DNA of 64,000 nt. Source: Patellaria atrata CBS 101060. Lineage: Eukaryota. Below the pieces are notes generated by a model that saw only the letters and a list, made by a program, of their open reading frames with translations, searched no databases and was not told the DNA's origin. Position numbers and translations under genes: made by a program. The stretch is from NCBI GenBank assembly GCA_010093705.1, contig MU006089.1, forward strand, positions 2,591,561 through 2,655,560, written 5' to 3'. Positions 49,108 to 60,981 of this stretch are shown here, piece after piece (the stretch's first letter is position 1; each line of letters opens with the position of its first letter).

Positions 49108-50985
49108 CTAATAAGTAAACGCCTCCTCGATAAAGTCCACCGCGCCAACCTCGACCCTCTTCCTTGCGGCTGACCTGACACTATCGCAGAAGCGTCCAGG
49201 TCCACAGACCGTGATCGCCATGGCACCAACTCTATCGCTGACCTCCTTATCGATGATTGTCTGCGTCGTGCAACGACCAGCAAACATCCTCACGCTGCCG
49301 CTTGCACTAACAGCTTCAGACGCAAATCTAGGCCTGGTGATGAAAAGTTGCATGCGCAGCATATCCCTACGAAGCGGCATCTGCAGAACCTCGTCCATCC
49401 AAGGCCTCACCCACTCGAGGCAATCGGTATTGGGTATGCTCCATACGAGGAGAACTTTCTTGGTGGCGATGGTGCCTGCGCGGTAGCCCTCGAGGAAGTG
49501 GCGGAGATAGGAAACTTGATGGGTGATGCCAATGCCGGCGGCGAAGAGGACGACGGTGCCGTAGCTGTTGAGACTTTCAAGACCACCGTAAGGCCCTTCA
49601 AGCGCACCCCATGTGGTGAACTTGCCGTTTGGACAGGCGGCAGCTCGGTCGTACATCTTGCGGGTGAGACCGGTACGGGCACGGCAGACGAGGGAGACGG
49701 TGGTTACTGGCGCGGCTGGGCGATCAAGGTCGATTTCTGATGTGGGGAGCTTTTCGTTGGCGAAATCATCATTCTTTCGATCCCACCATGCAACCGAGAA
49801 AGGGTGCGAGGACCAAAGGGCCAACTTGGGGATGTACATGTGTACGTGCTGACCGGGTCTGGGGTTCCAAGGGCGGACAAGGTCGAAGGTTACACGGGTA
49901 GATTCGCTAGGTAGTGCTTCGACGGTGATGCGGGTGACGGCGCGGGCGGAGAAGTTGTAGTAGATGATCCTGAATGCGCGGAAGAAGTACTCGCCGACCC
50001 AGAGACCGATGACAAGATGCATCCAGGGCTTTTGGGGGAGGTGGTGGATATCTATGTGAAGGTAAACGCCGATGATGCCGACGATGACCATGGTTTTGTG
50101 GATGTTAAGAAAGGTTTCGTAAAAAGCGTGTCGGAAAGGCGACCAGGCCTGAATTCCGAGAAATACAAATGCGCAGGTACCGACAAGGCCCCATTGGTAC
50201 GAAGGGTTGGCTCCAAGGGATTGATTCAAGCCACCCCAGTTGCCGCCTTGAAAGGTGTTCACGGCCCAAGCAACTGTATGTACGAAGGACTCAAGAATGA
50301 CTAGACGTGCAGCCCAACGATGTAGTAGGTTGAAGGTGTCGTAACTGACTTGTAATAGCCAAATCAAGGGGTTGTTGCGGAGAGCAAAGAGCACTGTGGG
50401 GATGAGGTTCAAAGCAGCTAGGGTTCCAGATCGACCACGTAAAGCTGCGATGACGGAAGCGCTCTCTGCTCGGGACCAGGGAAGTGCTAAACAGTATGCT
50501 ATGTTGCTGGCCACGTAGATCACAAGCAATAGCGTATGGAATCTTGACGGTAAAGTCCCCATGGTTACGGCCTCACTCAATTGGAACTCCTGGTTATGCC
50601 TGTGCCTGAATAAGGGGGCATATGTGACATGTTTCTTCAGCCAGGGTATCCAACTATTTTGATGGTGCTCCCAATATCCCTGTTTCGAGGGGTTTCCCAT
50701 GACTGATAGATGCCTCAAGTGGGAGTTTAATCGTTTTGATATCCTCAAGATGAGGGTCATCGCACATAACCCAATGAAGGTGTACAACAAGACATTTACC
50801 CACAGATAGTTGCCTACTTGATCAACTCCATTGAGGCCATGTGCAAACTCGAAAGGATCGCCTGAGGCATTGTTTTCCCTACTCTGAACCACACTTACGT
50901 GGAGGCTAGTTGGATCCATGGCAAAATTCTCCGGACCTACTTCGTGAACCACATGAATATGGTGCCGTGACGGGTAGTGATGCAT
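49108..50985 (-). CDS. Ferric/cupric reductase (FRE family) transmembrane protein
   Basis: Intronless 625 aa. ALRNNPL...FNLLHRW, YETFLNIH...YLH (heme His), PGQH, SHPFS (FAD), EGPYG, FAAGIGIT (NADPH), VCGP and EEAFTY. Confidence 0.95.
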   Translation of the reverse strand: MHHYPSRHHIHVVHEVGPENFAMDPTSLHVSVVQSRENNASGDPFEFAHGLNGVDQVGNYLWVNVLLYTFIGLCAMTLILRISKRLNSHLRHLSVMGNPSKQGYWEHHQNSWIPWLKKHVTYAPLFRHRHNQEFQLSEAVTMGTLPSRFHTLLLVIYVASNIAYCLALPWSRAESASVIAALRGRSGTLAALNLIPTVLFALRNNPLIWLLQVSYDTFNLLHRWAARLVILESFVHTVAWAVNTFQGGNWGGLNQSLGANPSYQWGLVGTCAFVFLGIQAWSPFRHAFYETFLNIHKTMVIVGIIGVYLHIDIHHLPQKPWMHLVIGLWVGEYFFRAFRIIYYNFSARAVTRITVEALPSESTRVTFDLVRPWNPRPGQHVHMYIPKLALWSSHPFSVAWWDRKNDDFANEKLPTSEIDLDRPAAPVTTVSLVCRARTGLTRKMYDRAAACPNGKFTTWGALEGPYGGLESLNSYGTVVLFAAGIGITHQVSYLRHFLEGYRAGTIATKKVLLVWSIPNTDCLEWVRPWMDEVLQMPLRRDMLRMQLFITRPRFASEAVSASGSVRMFAGRCTTQTIIDKEVSDRVGAMAITVCGPGRFCDSVRSAARKRVEVGAVDFIEEAFTY

Positions 50986-53233
50986 GCTTTGCAGCAGGTA
51001 GTGGATGTGAAATAGCTTGAACTTTTCAGACTGATGGCGCTGAGGGATATTTGTCCCTTCAGATTCGTTGTTATCGCGTGGGTGTATGTATAGGTTGATA
51101 GATAGAACAAGAAGGTAGCGCGCGAGGGAGAGGTGGAGTTGTTATGAGAGCATGACTGGTCCCAAGTTGAGAATAATGATATTGTTCTGAACAAAGCAGA
51201 TACGTCTTTAACAGTGCTTGTTCTTCTGTTCTCCTTTTCTTAACCCTGTTAAGCTTTCAATACGGACAAAGGTCTTTGTTCGTGATTATGCGTTGTTCTA
51301 AATGCGATCGATGGGTGGAAGAGGTGTTGTTATGTGAGTGATATCTTGAGTGTCTAGCAGTCAAAATCCTGCATCTATCGACGAAGATGGAGTCGTTGCA
51401 GTCTATCGCGATGGACAAGGATAAAAAAGAGGGTGAAAAGCTGGCCCGGCAGCTATTTGCAGTTGATGAATGAGTGAATTGCCGTGAGTGAGATGTTCCT
51501 TGAATGATGTTGGCGTGGATGTAAGGTCGCGGTGGCAGGTGGAATGTGGGGATTGGGGTAGCGACTGAAAAAATAAACGACAGACGTTGTTTGCTAAGAC
51601 AAGAAACAACGAAAAGAGTTGGAGTAGTGAAGAAACAAGAAGGTCAGATGCAGATGTTTCGAAATGGGAGAATGAGTGAAGAGGAGGTGGGAAACGGTGA
51701 GTGGAAGTGTCACAGGGGAGCTTATGGCTGTAATTCACTGTAATGGCTAGATCCAAGTCCAATCGCCGCTGAACCGCTGTCACCCAAAGCCAATCATCAA
51801 GCCAAATCGCCCAAATGCTCAGGTACCGGAACGCCCAGCTCGGTCGTATTCTAGCCCATGTAGCCCCAATATGACCCTTACTATCCACTTATCTGCCAGG
51901 AACGTCTTGATTCATCTTCATGCCCTGACAGATCATGTCAACTTACAGCAAACAAGTAACAAGAAACATCTTCAGCTGTAACTCTCTGCCAATGAAAACG
52001 AAACAGTCGCAACAAACTGAAGTCTCCTCCGATTCTCATACCATTATTTCGCCACTTCACAATGTTTCGAACCCTCTGAACTCTTCCTTTTTCCGTCTCT
52101 TCCATTCCATTTTTATTGCGATTCAAGCATACGAAATCTGCCTGTCGGCGCCACATTTAGTGCGTTTCAACGTCGCGCCTTCCGCCATAGAGCGATAGGC
52201 TTACGACTTGCTTTGAAGCACTGACCACATATTCCCCGATCAAGCCTACACCGTAGATCTTTGCCCTGCAGCCAAAATAGGTATCTGCCAAAGGAAGAAA
52301 GACCTACACGGCTCTGTAAAACATCTCGAGTCCTAAACAGTTTCTCACAACAGAACTCTCTTTACCTTATGATTGACAATGTCAGTTTCTTCCTCTTTGA
52401 AGAGGGTCATAATCCTTCTCATGAAAGGACAGTCGGTGTTATCGTTGTTTCCTGGCCGAGAATAACCAGGGACACTGAACACAGCGGCTGGCTTACTGAC
52501 GGGCGTCATTTATGGACACCGTTGAGCGCGCGTCGCCGACCCTCACGTGCTGATCGCCCCTCTTTACGCATAACTCTGGAGATTTACGGATGGCCATGAA
52601 AGAATACAGATCTTACCTGGCGATTGAGAATTCAAAAGCGCGTCGTTCGATGAGACGAGAAATTGATATCGCATCCCATCCATAATATGGGCGTCACGGT
52701 CGAACGCGAGAACTGACCCTTAGCCATTATATTCAATATACAATGAATAATAGTAAGAAGGCCGGCTCAGCGACGCGCTTTCGTGTCTTTATTGTGGCTA
52801 TGATGATGATGGGGTGACTTCATATCTCTTCGCTGTACCTGAGACATGGCCGCTCTCCTGGTCATCAAAGCGATATTGCTCCATCTCACACCACCGCGCG
52901 CTTCCCTAGGAGGCTAGGACAAGGTAAATCTTCAATTAAATAAATTGCCATGTTTTCGCTTCCAAGATCTGGGAAATTCCGATCTTAGCATCTTCATTCT
53001 CTTCTACTTCTAGAATGCTTAGGTCTATTTTTGGACTTGATTTCTTCTCATCATCTTAATCATTTTGAAAGTTCAAAACCACTGTAGCGGCGCTTAGTCT
53101 ACGACCTACGGTATCACTATCATACAGTAGGTCATGATAATCACGGTCTCTATCAACTTTTCTCAATCTACGTCTTAAACATCAATCTTAATATCTCATT
53201 ATCTCTATACAATTTGCAGCATATACAATATCT

Positions 53234-54585
53234 CTAGGACCAACGAGGTCCGTTCAGTCTATCGACATCCTTCGCGTGCTGGTAAATCAGCTGCTTGGCC
53301 TCAGGGCTATCCAAGAAGATAGTAAAACCATCATCATGGTTTCTGCCATAGGAGTACCCGTTGTAGCCATATTGCCAGTACTGGTCTGAGATCTTCTCCT
53401 TGAGACTGGTCTTCTGCCATAGTGAGAGAGCCTCGAGGCGGGTCGTGTTTTCAACTCTGTTGAGGTATTCGAGACGCTTGTCTGGGGTGAGCCAGCCTGT
53501 TCGCAAATTAGTTCAATATTCCACTTGACACACTCATGGATTCCTTATGGGGAATACATACCATATTCCTCGTGAACAACTGGCTTTCCTACCTTCCTCA
53601 TACTCTTCGCATGATCCTTAATCCACTGGTCGGTCCACGCTACTGTCTTGGTCCACCAATCCGGATACGAATGGAAGGTTCCGAAGTCGATGTTGGGTAG
53701 AGCGAGCTCAGCATCGAAATCACCACCATCCCAGCCATTATAGAATCCATCATCGCTCTGGATATTGAATCCTCCCTCACCACCCGTGGTAACCAAATGA
53801 TCCTTATCAAGGCTCTTGATATACGTGCTCATCTCATCGACCCACGATGTGAGAACGTCCGGGGTGCAGTTGTCGCTACGCGGAAGGTTGCGCGTCCCAT
53901 CGGCACCGCAGCGCGGCTCGTTTCCAAGTTCCCAAGCCATGATGGCTGGGGAGTTCTTATAGCGGCTTACGATAGCCTTGACATACTTCTTATACGCCTT
54001 CTTGATCTGCGGCAGGCGATAAAAGTCATCATGGTACTTTCCCCCCAAATTCACCGTATACACATCCATGCCGCCGTAGTCGGCCCAGTTGTTCGTCAGC
54101 GCGACCACGAGCTTGATCCCGACCTTCGTCGCGGCGTTGACGACTTTGTCGAAGGGCGCCAGGTTGATGGTTTGCGTGCCGTTGGCTTCGAACCATTGGA
54201 ACACGATTTCGGTGTCGCCGGCGCCCTCGCCGCCATACTGCGGTAGCCCGCCGGGGATATAGGTCCTGTTTTTGTCATTGAAGCCCCAGGTTCTGAAGAC
54301 CTTTAGACCAGCGGCTTTAGCAGCGCGAAGGCCCACCTCGACATCGGATTGGTTCTATATACAAAAATTTAGCGTATAATTGGCAGAGGGTGGGTGAACA
54401 TAACTCACGTTCTGGAAAGGGAAGTAATAAGCATTGCTGCCCGCAAAGTAGAAGTCCCGTCCATCAAGCAAGAACTTAGTCCCCTCAGTAGTCACGAAAC
54501 CTCTAGGTACCCTCCTCCTCGGCGCCGCCGCCGCAGTGCTGGCGAGCAGACCCAGTGTCATGAGATTCGAGAGGTTGAACAACAT
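53234..54585 (-). CDS. Secreted GH5 endo-1,4-beta-mannanase (GH5_7-like)
   Basis: Signal peptide; [33 protein letters not shown]; acid/base [19 protein letters not shown]; nucleophile VVHEEYG. Two introns. Confidence 0.95.
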
Positions 54586-54648
54586 TTTGCTCGGAGATGG
54601 CACTATGTCAACCACATCGATCGCCCTGGTGGGGAGAGCGAGCACTCA

Positions 54649-54657
54649 TATATATAA
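54649..54657 (-). promoter_or_regulatory. TATA-like box of the mannanase gene
   Basis: TTATATATAT on the minus strand, about 65 bp upstream of the ATG. Confidence 0.5.
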
Positions 54658-55595
54658 GGTATGTACGCAATAGCTGTTTGACAGGCGTCATGACCCAAAC
54701 CTCAGTTCCAAGCCTGCTCTTGTCCTAAACCGAGACGGAGGCAATCTGGTCGGAAGAGTGGATCTGCACCCGGGGCAGTATCCTCCGTGTACAAGTATAC
54801 TGTAGATTTCATTATTGGCCCGGTCCGTGCGAGGGCCCATTCTCCCGGTAGAAACCCATGACATGTGGTCCAGTGTAGATGAGAACCTGGTCGTAAATGC
54901 TAATATATGAGACTCCAGATGTCTAAATCAGGTGTAAGAGGCTCGATTGAACCACGATCCTCGGGTTTGACTAGCTATTGCTACTCTCTATTTCCTATTT
55001 CCAATCCCAAATTACCCAATCAGATAAACAGTATCCACGGGAGAAAAACACATTCGCAAAGCAGATGCCAGCCTGCAGTCCAGCCAAGTACGCAGAGCCT
55101 CTTTTTATATTGCCCATATTGCGCACAGACGCCTTGCGAACAGCCAACCGCACTGATTGGTTCGAATGTTGTTTATTCAAAGAGTGTCGTCTGGACTTTA
55201 GCGTGGCTGCGGGGTTAGACGGGCGTTCTGGAAATTTCGGTGCATAGAAGTTTGCATGGGGTTCATTAAATACTGTTAGCTCTCGCAGTGATGGTGGTTT
55301 TGGACGACAGATAAAGGACCTGACGGGATGTGTATACAAGTACTGTACTTTACTGTACGTGCCAAGTACCTACTTTGAGAATAGAGAGAGCAAAAAGTGA
55401 TAGTAGTCGTACCTTACAGCATTGCTTATTGGCAAAAAGCGATCGGGATATAGAATGAGAGGATCAAGGTGCTTTCAGTATGATATTCTATTTCCGAATG
55501 ATGTGTCCTAGAAATGCAAAGACCTATCTTCCACCTATGCACCGTGAATCGTGAAGACCTTTGTGTATTCCGTCACTGGAAAACTGATCCCGCCA

Positions 55596-57281
55596 TTAGG
55601 AAACAAAACCACCGCCCCACCATCCAGTCTGTTTCCAAACATCATTCTGCACTTCCATCTGCTCGGCTTCCTTCCTGAACTTCCGCCTGTCAAGATGCAA
55701 GTCTTGATGGGCGACACCGTTGGGTCTGACCTCGGGAGTTCCAGGTCTCTTAAGGGATAGAGGAATTCTGGGTGTGGTAGCCGGCTGCTTTACCTCTTTA
55801 TTACTACCATCATATTGAGTATGAGCTCCTCTATCAGCATCTAAAATCCTCCCTGCAGCGTAAACGCAGCCACCAAAGGCGTGACGGACTAGGGAGTCAC
55901 CGGTCAAACTGCCAATAATGAAAATATTCGGCGCCATTTCCAAGTTCACCTCAGCTTTAAGTCTGAGAGTGCGGCCCGATATGAGACCAGGCGGCGAGTT
56001 ATCAGGTACGTCGGCACTATCGAGAACCTCTCTTCGTAGCTGCTCGGAAAGATAATCGAGAGTACCACGTCTCCCGACAACATATTCGAGGCATCCAACA
56101 GGTCTGTCTACAACATCACCGCAGTTGAGACGGATCTTGAGCATACATCGGTTCTCCGCGTCTGTTGTGGAAAGCTCGAGTATTTCCGCGTTTGGAAAGC
56201 CCTCATACTGGCTTTCCCAATCACGGGAGATAAATACACTGCTGCCCTTCCTCTTCATCCTTGCACGGGAAACGGGCTTCTTGTTGCTTGACTTTATAGC
56301 AGCCAACTTCATCTGGCGGTAGACCTCGGCATACTCGGGATATGCTTGATGATGACACCCGCGCAAAGGTGAAGGTCGATCATCAGGGTCCCATTTGAAG
56401 ATGTGGAGTATTTTCCTGTTGGGATGAGATATAATGACATCTGCGGCAGAGAACCCGGAACCTATCACCAAAAGGGGCTTGTCGGTTTCTTCTAATTGGG
56501 GGTTGCGTGCGAGCGGGGAGAGGGAAGGTGGTGGTGGGATATTAATAGAGAAGATACCCGAAGCAAGGATAAGGTGTTTGCAACGGATAGGTGGTGACTG
56601 AACGAGAAAGCCGTCGCCGATTCGAATAATTTGTTTTGCCTCAATCGAGGAATAAACGGAGTTCGAAATAGATACGGCTGCTGGGTATGTAGCGTAGTAC
56701 CGGGCGACCTCCTCGCGCGAAGGTCTTACAAAGTCAGGGAGTGGGTGTCCATTCTCCACAAGATAATGATCCGCAAAAGAATAGCCAGGTAGAGACAACT
56801 GCTCTGCGTAACTAAGTGTCCCTATCTGCCAGCTAGACTCCACGGTATTATCAGCCCATTGGCCTCCTGGACGGTCCGCATTTCCAAGGACAACATGCGG
56901 GATGTATCGGTCTGGCTCATACTTCCAATCGATATGAGTTTCGGAATGAATATCTGTATCTGCGTTCGGACGAAGGAGGGTATCAAAGAAGGTATTGATT
57001 GGTAATGACTGGGTGGAATAGCGTAAAGATGAAAGGAAGTGGTCGTAAAGGTCTGGTGTTAAGCTCAGCAAGTTCTGCTTGTGCTGGAGCTTAGAGTGTA
57101 GAATCGAATCATGGTGTATTCCAGTATAATATGGAATATGACCGTGAAGGATGTATGAGAGGATTAGAGCAGATGGTCCGTTACCTGCTTAACGTTAGAA
57201 TATAGTAACTTGGGAACGGGATGGAAGTTTCAGCGCACCAATGATCACCGTATCGACCTCGTCGGGGATATTACTGGCCAT
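55596..57281 (-). CDS. OSGIN1/2-like FAD-dependent oxidoreductase
   Basis: MASNIPDEVDTVIIG|NGPSALILSYILHG (GNGPS FAD motif), PINTFFDTLLRPNAD, HVVLG...GGQW, LSLPG, LVIGSGFSAAD, YPEY and GSLTGDSLVRHAFGG. One intron near the 5' end. Confidence 0.8.
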
Positions 57282-59127
57282 TGGACGCTTACTGCGACGT
57301 TGAAAAAGGTACTGAACATCTTCAAATTCAAAGAGAGAATTTTTGTGGAAAGCAATCTAGTTTATGATGATTACTATTAGACCCGCGCGGACATGAGGAA
57401 GTTGGGGGGGTAGCAGTATGAGCAACGTGGGGTGGATGCCATTCTTTTCGGCGCCCGGTCCCCTTGCTTCGGCGGAAACACGGTGGACCAGCTTTAAGCA
57501 ACTAAGGTACTAAAACGGTAACTATAACCTTATAAACATTCAGTCACACGTAGAAAATGAAGAAGCATAGTAGTATAAGGTAGGGTTTCTTGACTAAATT
57601 CATTTCCTTTTGTTGTATGTCGTATATAATGCTGCAGCAAGTTCAACCGAAAGTGTATCACGGGTTCACGCCCATCAAATGAGGTGAACAACTGACATTG
57701 ATTAGGCAATGGGATTGCTATTAGCGTATTTCTTGCATCGTCGTCAAATATTGAATGTAGCGCGGTATGCCTCACACATTCCTTATATCAGATTATGGTG
57801 ATGCTGTACTGGAATAATTGACGTTTCGGTTTGGTGAGGGAATGTCAGAACAATCAATATATTGTTATCTGGTGGAGGTAAGTTGCCTATGGGGTTTCAT
57901 CCACTACCAGATACAGTACGTGATGTGAGAATTCGATGCTGGAACGTCACACGGAGCAGCGGTCTTAATAATTCATATTCTCATAACTCTATATCCTACT
58001 GTATTTTAGGAAAAGTTATGGTGTTGGTCCAAGTATGTACAAGTTCAGCGAGGACATACACTCCTATTTTTTCGATGTTCAGTATATTCCCGCACTCTGA
58101 GGTATATCGAATAAGTTCAGAATTCAACGATTGTGTCTCCTCTTCGTTTACCTCGCATATCGTATTTGCCCTGTAGCTAATTGTTAGATATCTTTACAAG
58201 GCGTATGCAACAATGAAAGACTGTGATATTGTGCGCAGACTGCGAACCGGGGAAAGCACTTCAACTCATACAGCTGTAGGCTTAACAGCCAGCCAGCGCA
58301 TCTAGAGTAGAGTAATATCAGACGATTTGTCACTTCCTTCCTTGCACTTACATCCGTGGTATATGCGAGAAATCCCATGAAGCTTGGGAACGCAATGACA
58401 TATGCGAAGGCTATCCAAGCCGTTCGAGATGTGAAGCGGAAGTATTTGTGTCGGTTGGCATTTACATCTAGTGAATCGAATTAGAGAGAGAAAACTGGGA
58501 GAGCTTCGACACTGGATGCGAAAGGGTGGAAAGCGCATACCGGCATATCTCATAAGAGCCGGATCTTGAAGTAGAGCTACGTAGAAGGAGCAGTTAGCTT
58601 GATTTGTACTCATCGGTGGTTTCGAATCAGATGAGAACCAACATTTGTTATGGCCTGCCATTTTGCAAGCGATTGACGTAGTGCGAGAAGATGTGATGGG
58701 TCCTTATGTCTCTGAGGTGTTTAACGCTGGCGCGGACGTGAGGTTGATGATATATTATAATACAGAGATGATGAATCATACGCTAACCTAAAAAGTTGTT
58801 TTATTACTGCTGTCTCATTAATCACCCTCAACCGTGCCCGAAGACGCTGGTCTTACCTAGAACGGTTCTATCACCGTGTGTCAATACAAATAATGCTTCG
58901 CTTTATTTGATTGTCACATGGGTTTAATCCGTAAGGTAAAACTGTTTTGAAATAGAAACTACATACGCAGCCGAGGTGTTCGATCTATCCTTCCAGTTAT
59001 ATTTAAACGGAGCGTACCTCCCTCGTATCGACGAAGTAGGATGCGCTAGAATTATTGTACACTTAAAAGCTTCGATACCAAACCACATCACAAACCTCGG
59101 AAGTAAGAAGTGAGAACAACTGATAAC

Positions 59128-60141
59128 ATGTCTACGGAGTCAACTACAGCTACGCATCCAGGACTTGAGACTGGTCCCTCGGGGATGAGCACAAATTCTA
59201 ACGTGAAAATTACCTTACATTGGTAGGTTTGGAGAGTTGGGCTGTCGTTGAAAGTGTCACTGCTATGTCTTCGTTTGGCTGTAACCTTTCACCTCAGAAC
59301 CCTTAACCCCAGTTTTGCTGCCGTCTGATCAAGAGTTTCGAATCTGATAATGCTGCGAATAGGCTAGATAAATCTCGAGCACATCGAATTCTATGGCTGT
59401 TAGAAGAGCTTAAACTGGACTACGAGCTCAAGATATACAAAAGACAGAAGAACATGCTGGCACCTCCAGAACTGAAGAACGTTCATCCTCTTGGTAAATC
59501 TCCGGTTGTCGAGATTCAGGCCCTAAATACAAAGCCTTTGATCCTAGCGGAATCTGGTGCGATCATTGAATACCTTACAGAGCATTTCGGCAAGTGGCTC
59601 GTTCCAAAGAGATACCAGGATGGAAAGGAGAGTAAAGTAGGGGCCGAAACCGAGGAATGGCTCCGCTACCGTTTCTTTATGCACTACGGCGAAGGCAGCG
59701 TAATGATCTATCTGATCGTATTCCTTATCGTTCGAAGTAAGTTCTCCGTGAGTGGTAACGACTGTTTGCTAATCGTGACTTTAAGACATCAGGAATGCAC
59801 CAGTGCCGTTCTTTATTAGACCCATCACTAATGGCATCGCGAATAAAATCTCGTCAAATTTCGTGGAACCAAACGTCAACACTCACTTCGGTTATATTGA
59901 GAAGCAGCTTGAAACTTCTCCTAACGGTGGTGACTTCCTTTGCGGAAAAGAATTAACAGGTGCTGATATCTTGATGATCTTTCCCGTTGAAGCGGCCCGT
60001 CTGAGGCTAAAGCTTGGCGAGGAGAAATATCCAAAGTTATATGCATACAGCGACAAGATTCGTGAACGAGAGGCCTACAAGCGAGCTGTCAAGAGAATTG
60101 AAGATGAGACGGGCGAGCCATATGAAATAGTTCAGAACTGA
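59128..60141 (+). CDS. Glutathione S-transferase, Gtt1-like
   Basis: KITLHW|LDKSRAHRILWLLEEL, HPLGKSPV, LAESGAIIEYL, FMHYGEGS and LTGADILM. Two introns. Confidence 0.95.
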
Positions 60142-60981
60142 GATGTGTCGCAGATTAGTCCTGCTCATCATAGGAAGATCCTTTTAAAAGCTATGGTTAC
60201 CAATGGTATGGAAAAAGATCCACGTCAGGATCGACTTCGACAGCATAAGCCCTTAGTGTGGAGAGATGAGGTTGTTCGTATGGTGCTGATATCATCAGGG
60301 GATTACCTGGAGTGCGTGCTCCTTCCGCAGACTCAGATAGCCATTGTGGCTTCAGGGATTGAATGATCAGCCCGTCGCATATAATATTGTATAGCTTAGC
60401 AACAAGCTCTTTCGGAGTATATCTCCTTTTGATATTTGAGCTTTGCGAAAGCAAGTATGGAATATGCTAATCCACCAATCATTTGGATGAAAACCAATCG
60501 TATACTCACGTTCTAACTACCTTGATACTCTTTCCCTTTAGATCTTTCAAGCGGAACGCGATTTCGATGTCGATTAGGACCAGGTCGGAGATGCCGAGGG
60601 GTGTTGGTGCATCAAGGCGATGCTTTTCAGGATGCAAAGTGTCAGCCGCAAACCCTGCAGCCCGGCCGAAATTGTTGTTTGTATGTAATCAAGAGGCCCT
60701 GTCCCTTAATGCTATTTCCAGCTGATTTTCGCCTTATTATTCTGTGTCATGTATAAGCGTAGGAAACAACTTGTTCCGGGTTGTACTGTGCCATAATCAA
60801 ACCTTTGCGGTAGAAAGTTATCAATGCACAGACATCTGAAGAACATCTCCAAATATTTTGTTATTAATCTCGCTAGAGGAACATTATTCTCGTAGAGAGG
60901 ATGCATTTACGTTTAGTTTAACCTTTTCGCTTTCTCAATCACCATAATAAGCTCTAATTTTCAGGTGGGAGGCCTCACGAA

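Noticed and set aside
58180..58730. Protein-like fragments on the + strand between the OSGIN-like and GST genes
   Set aside because: Too many stops and frame changes to call a pseudogene without a homology search.
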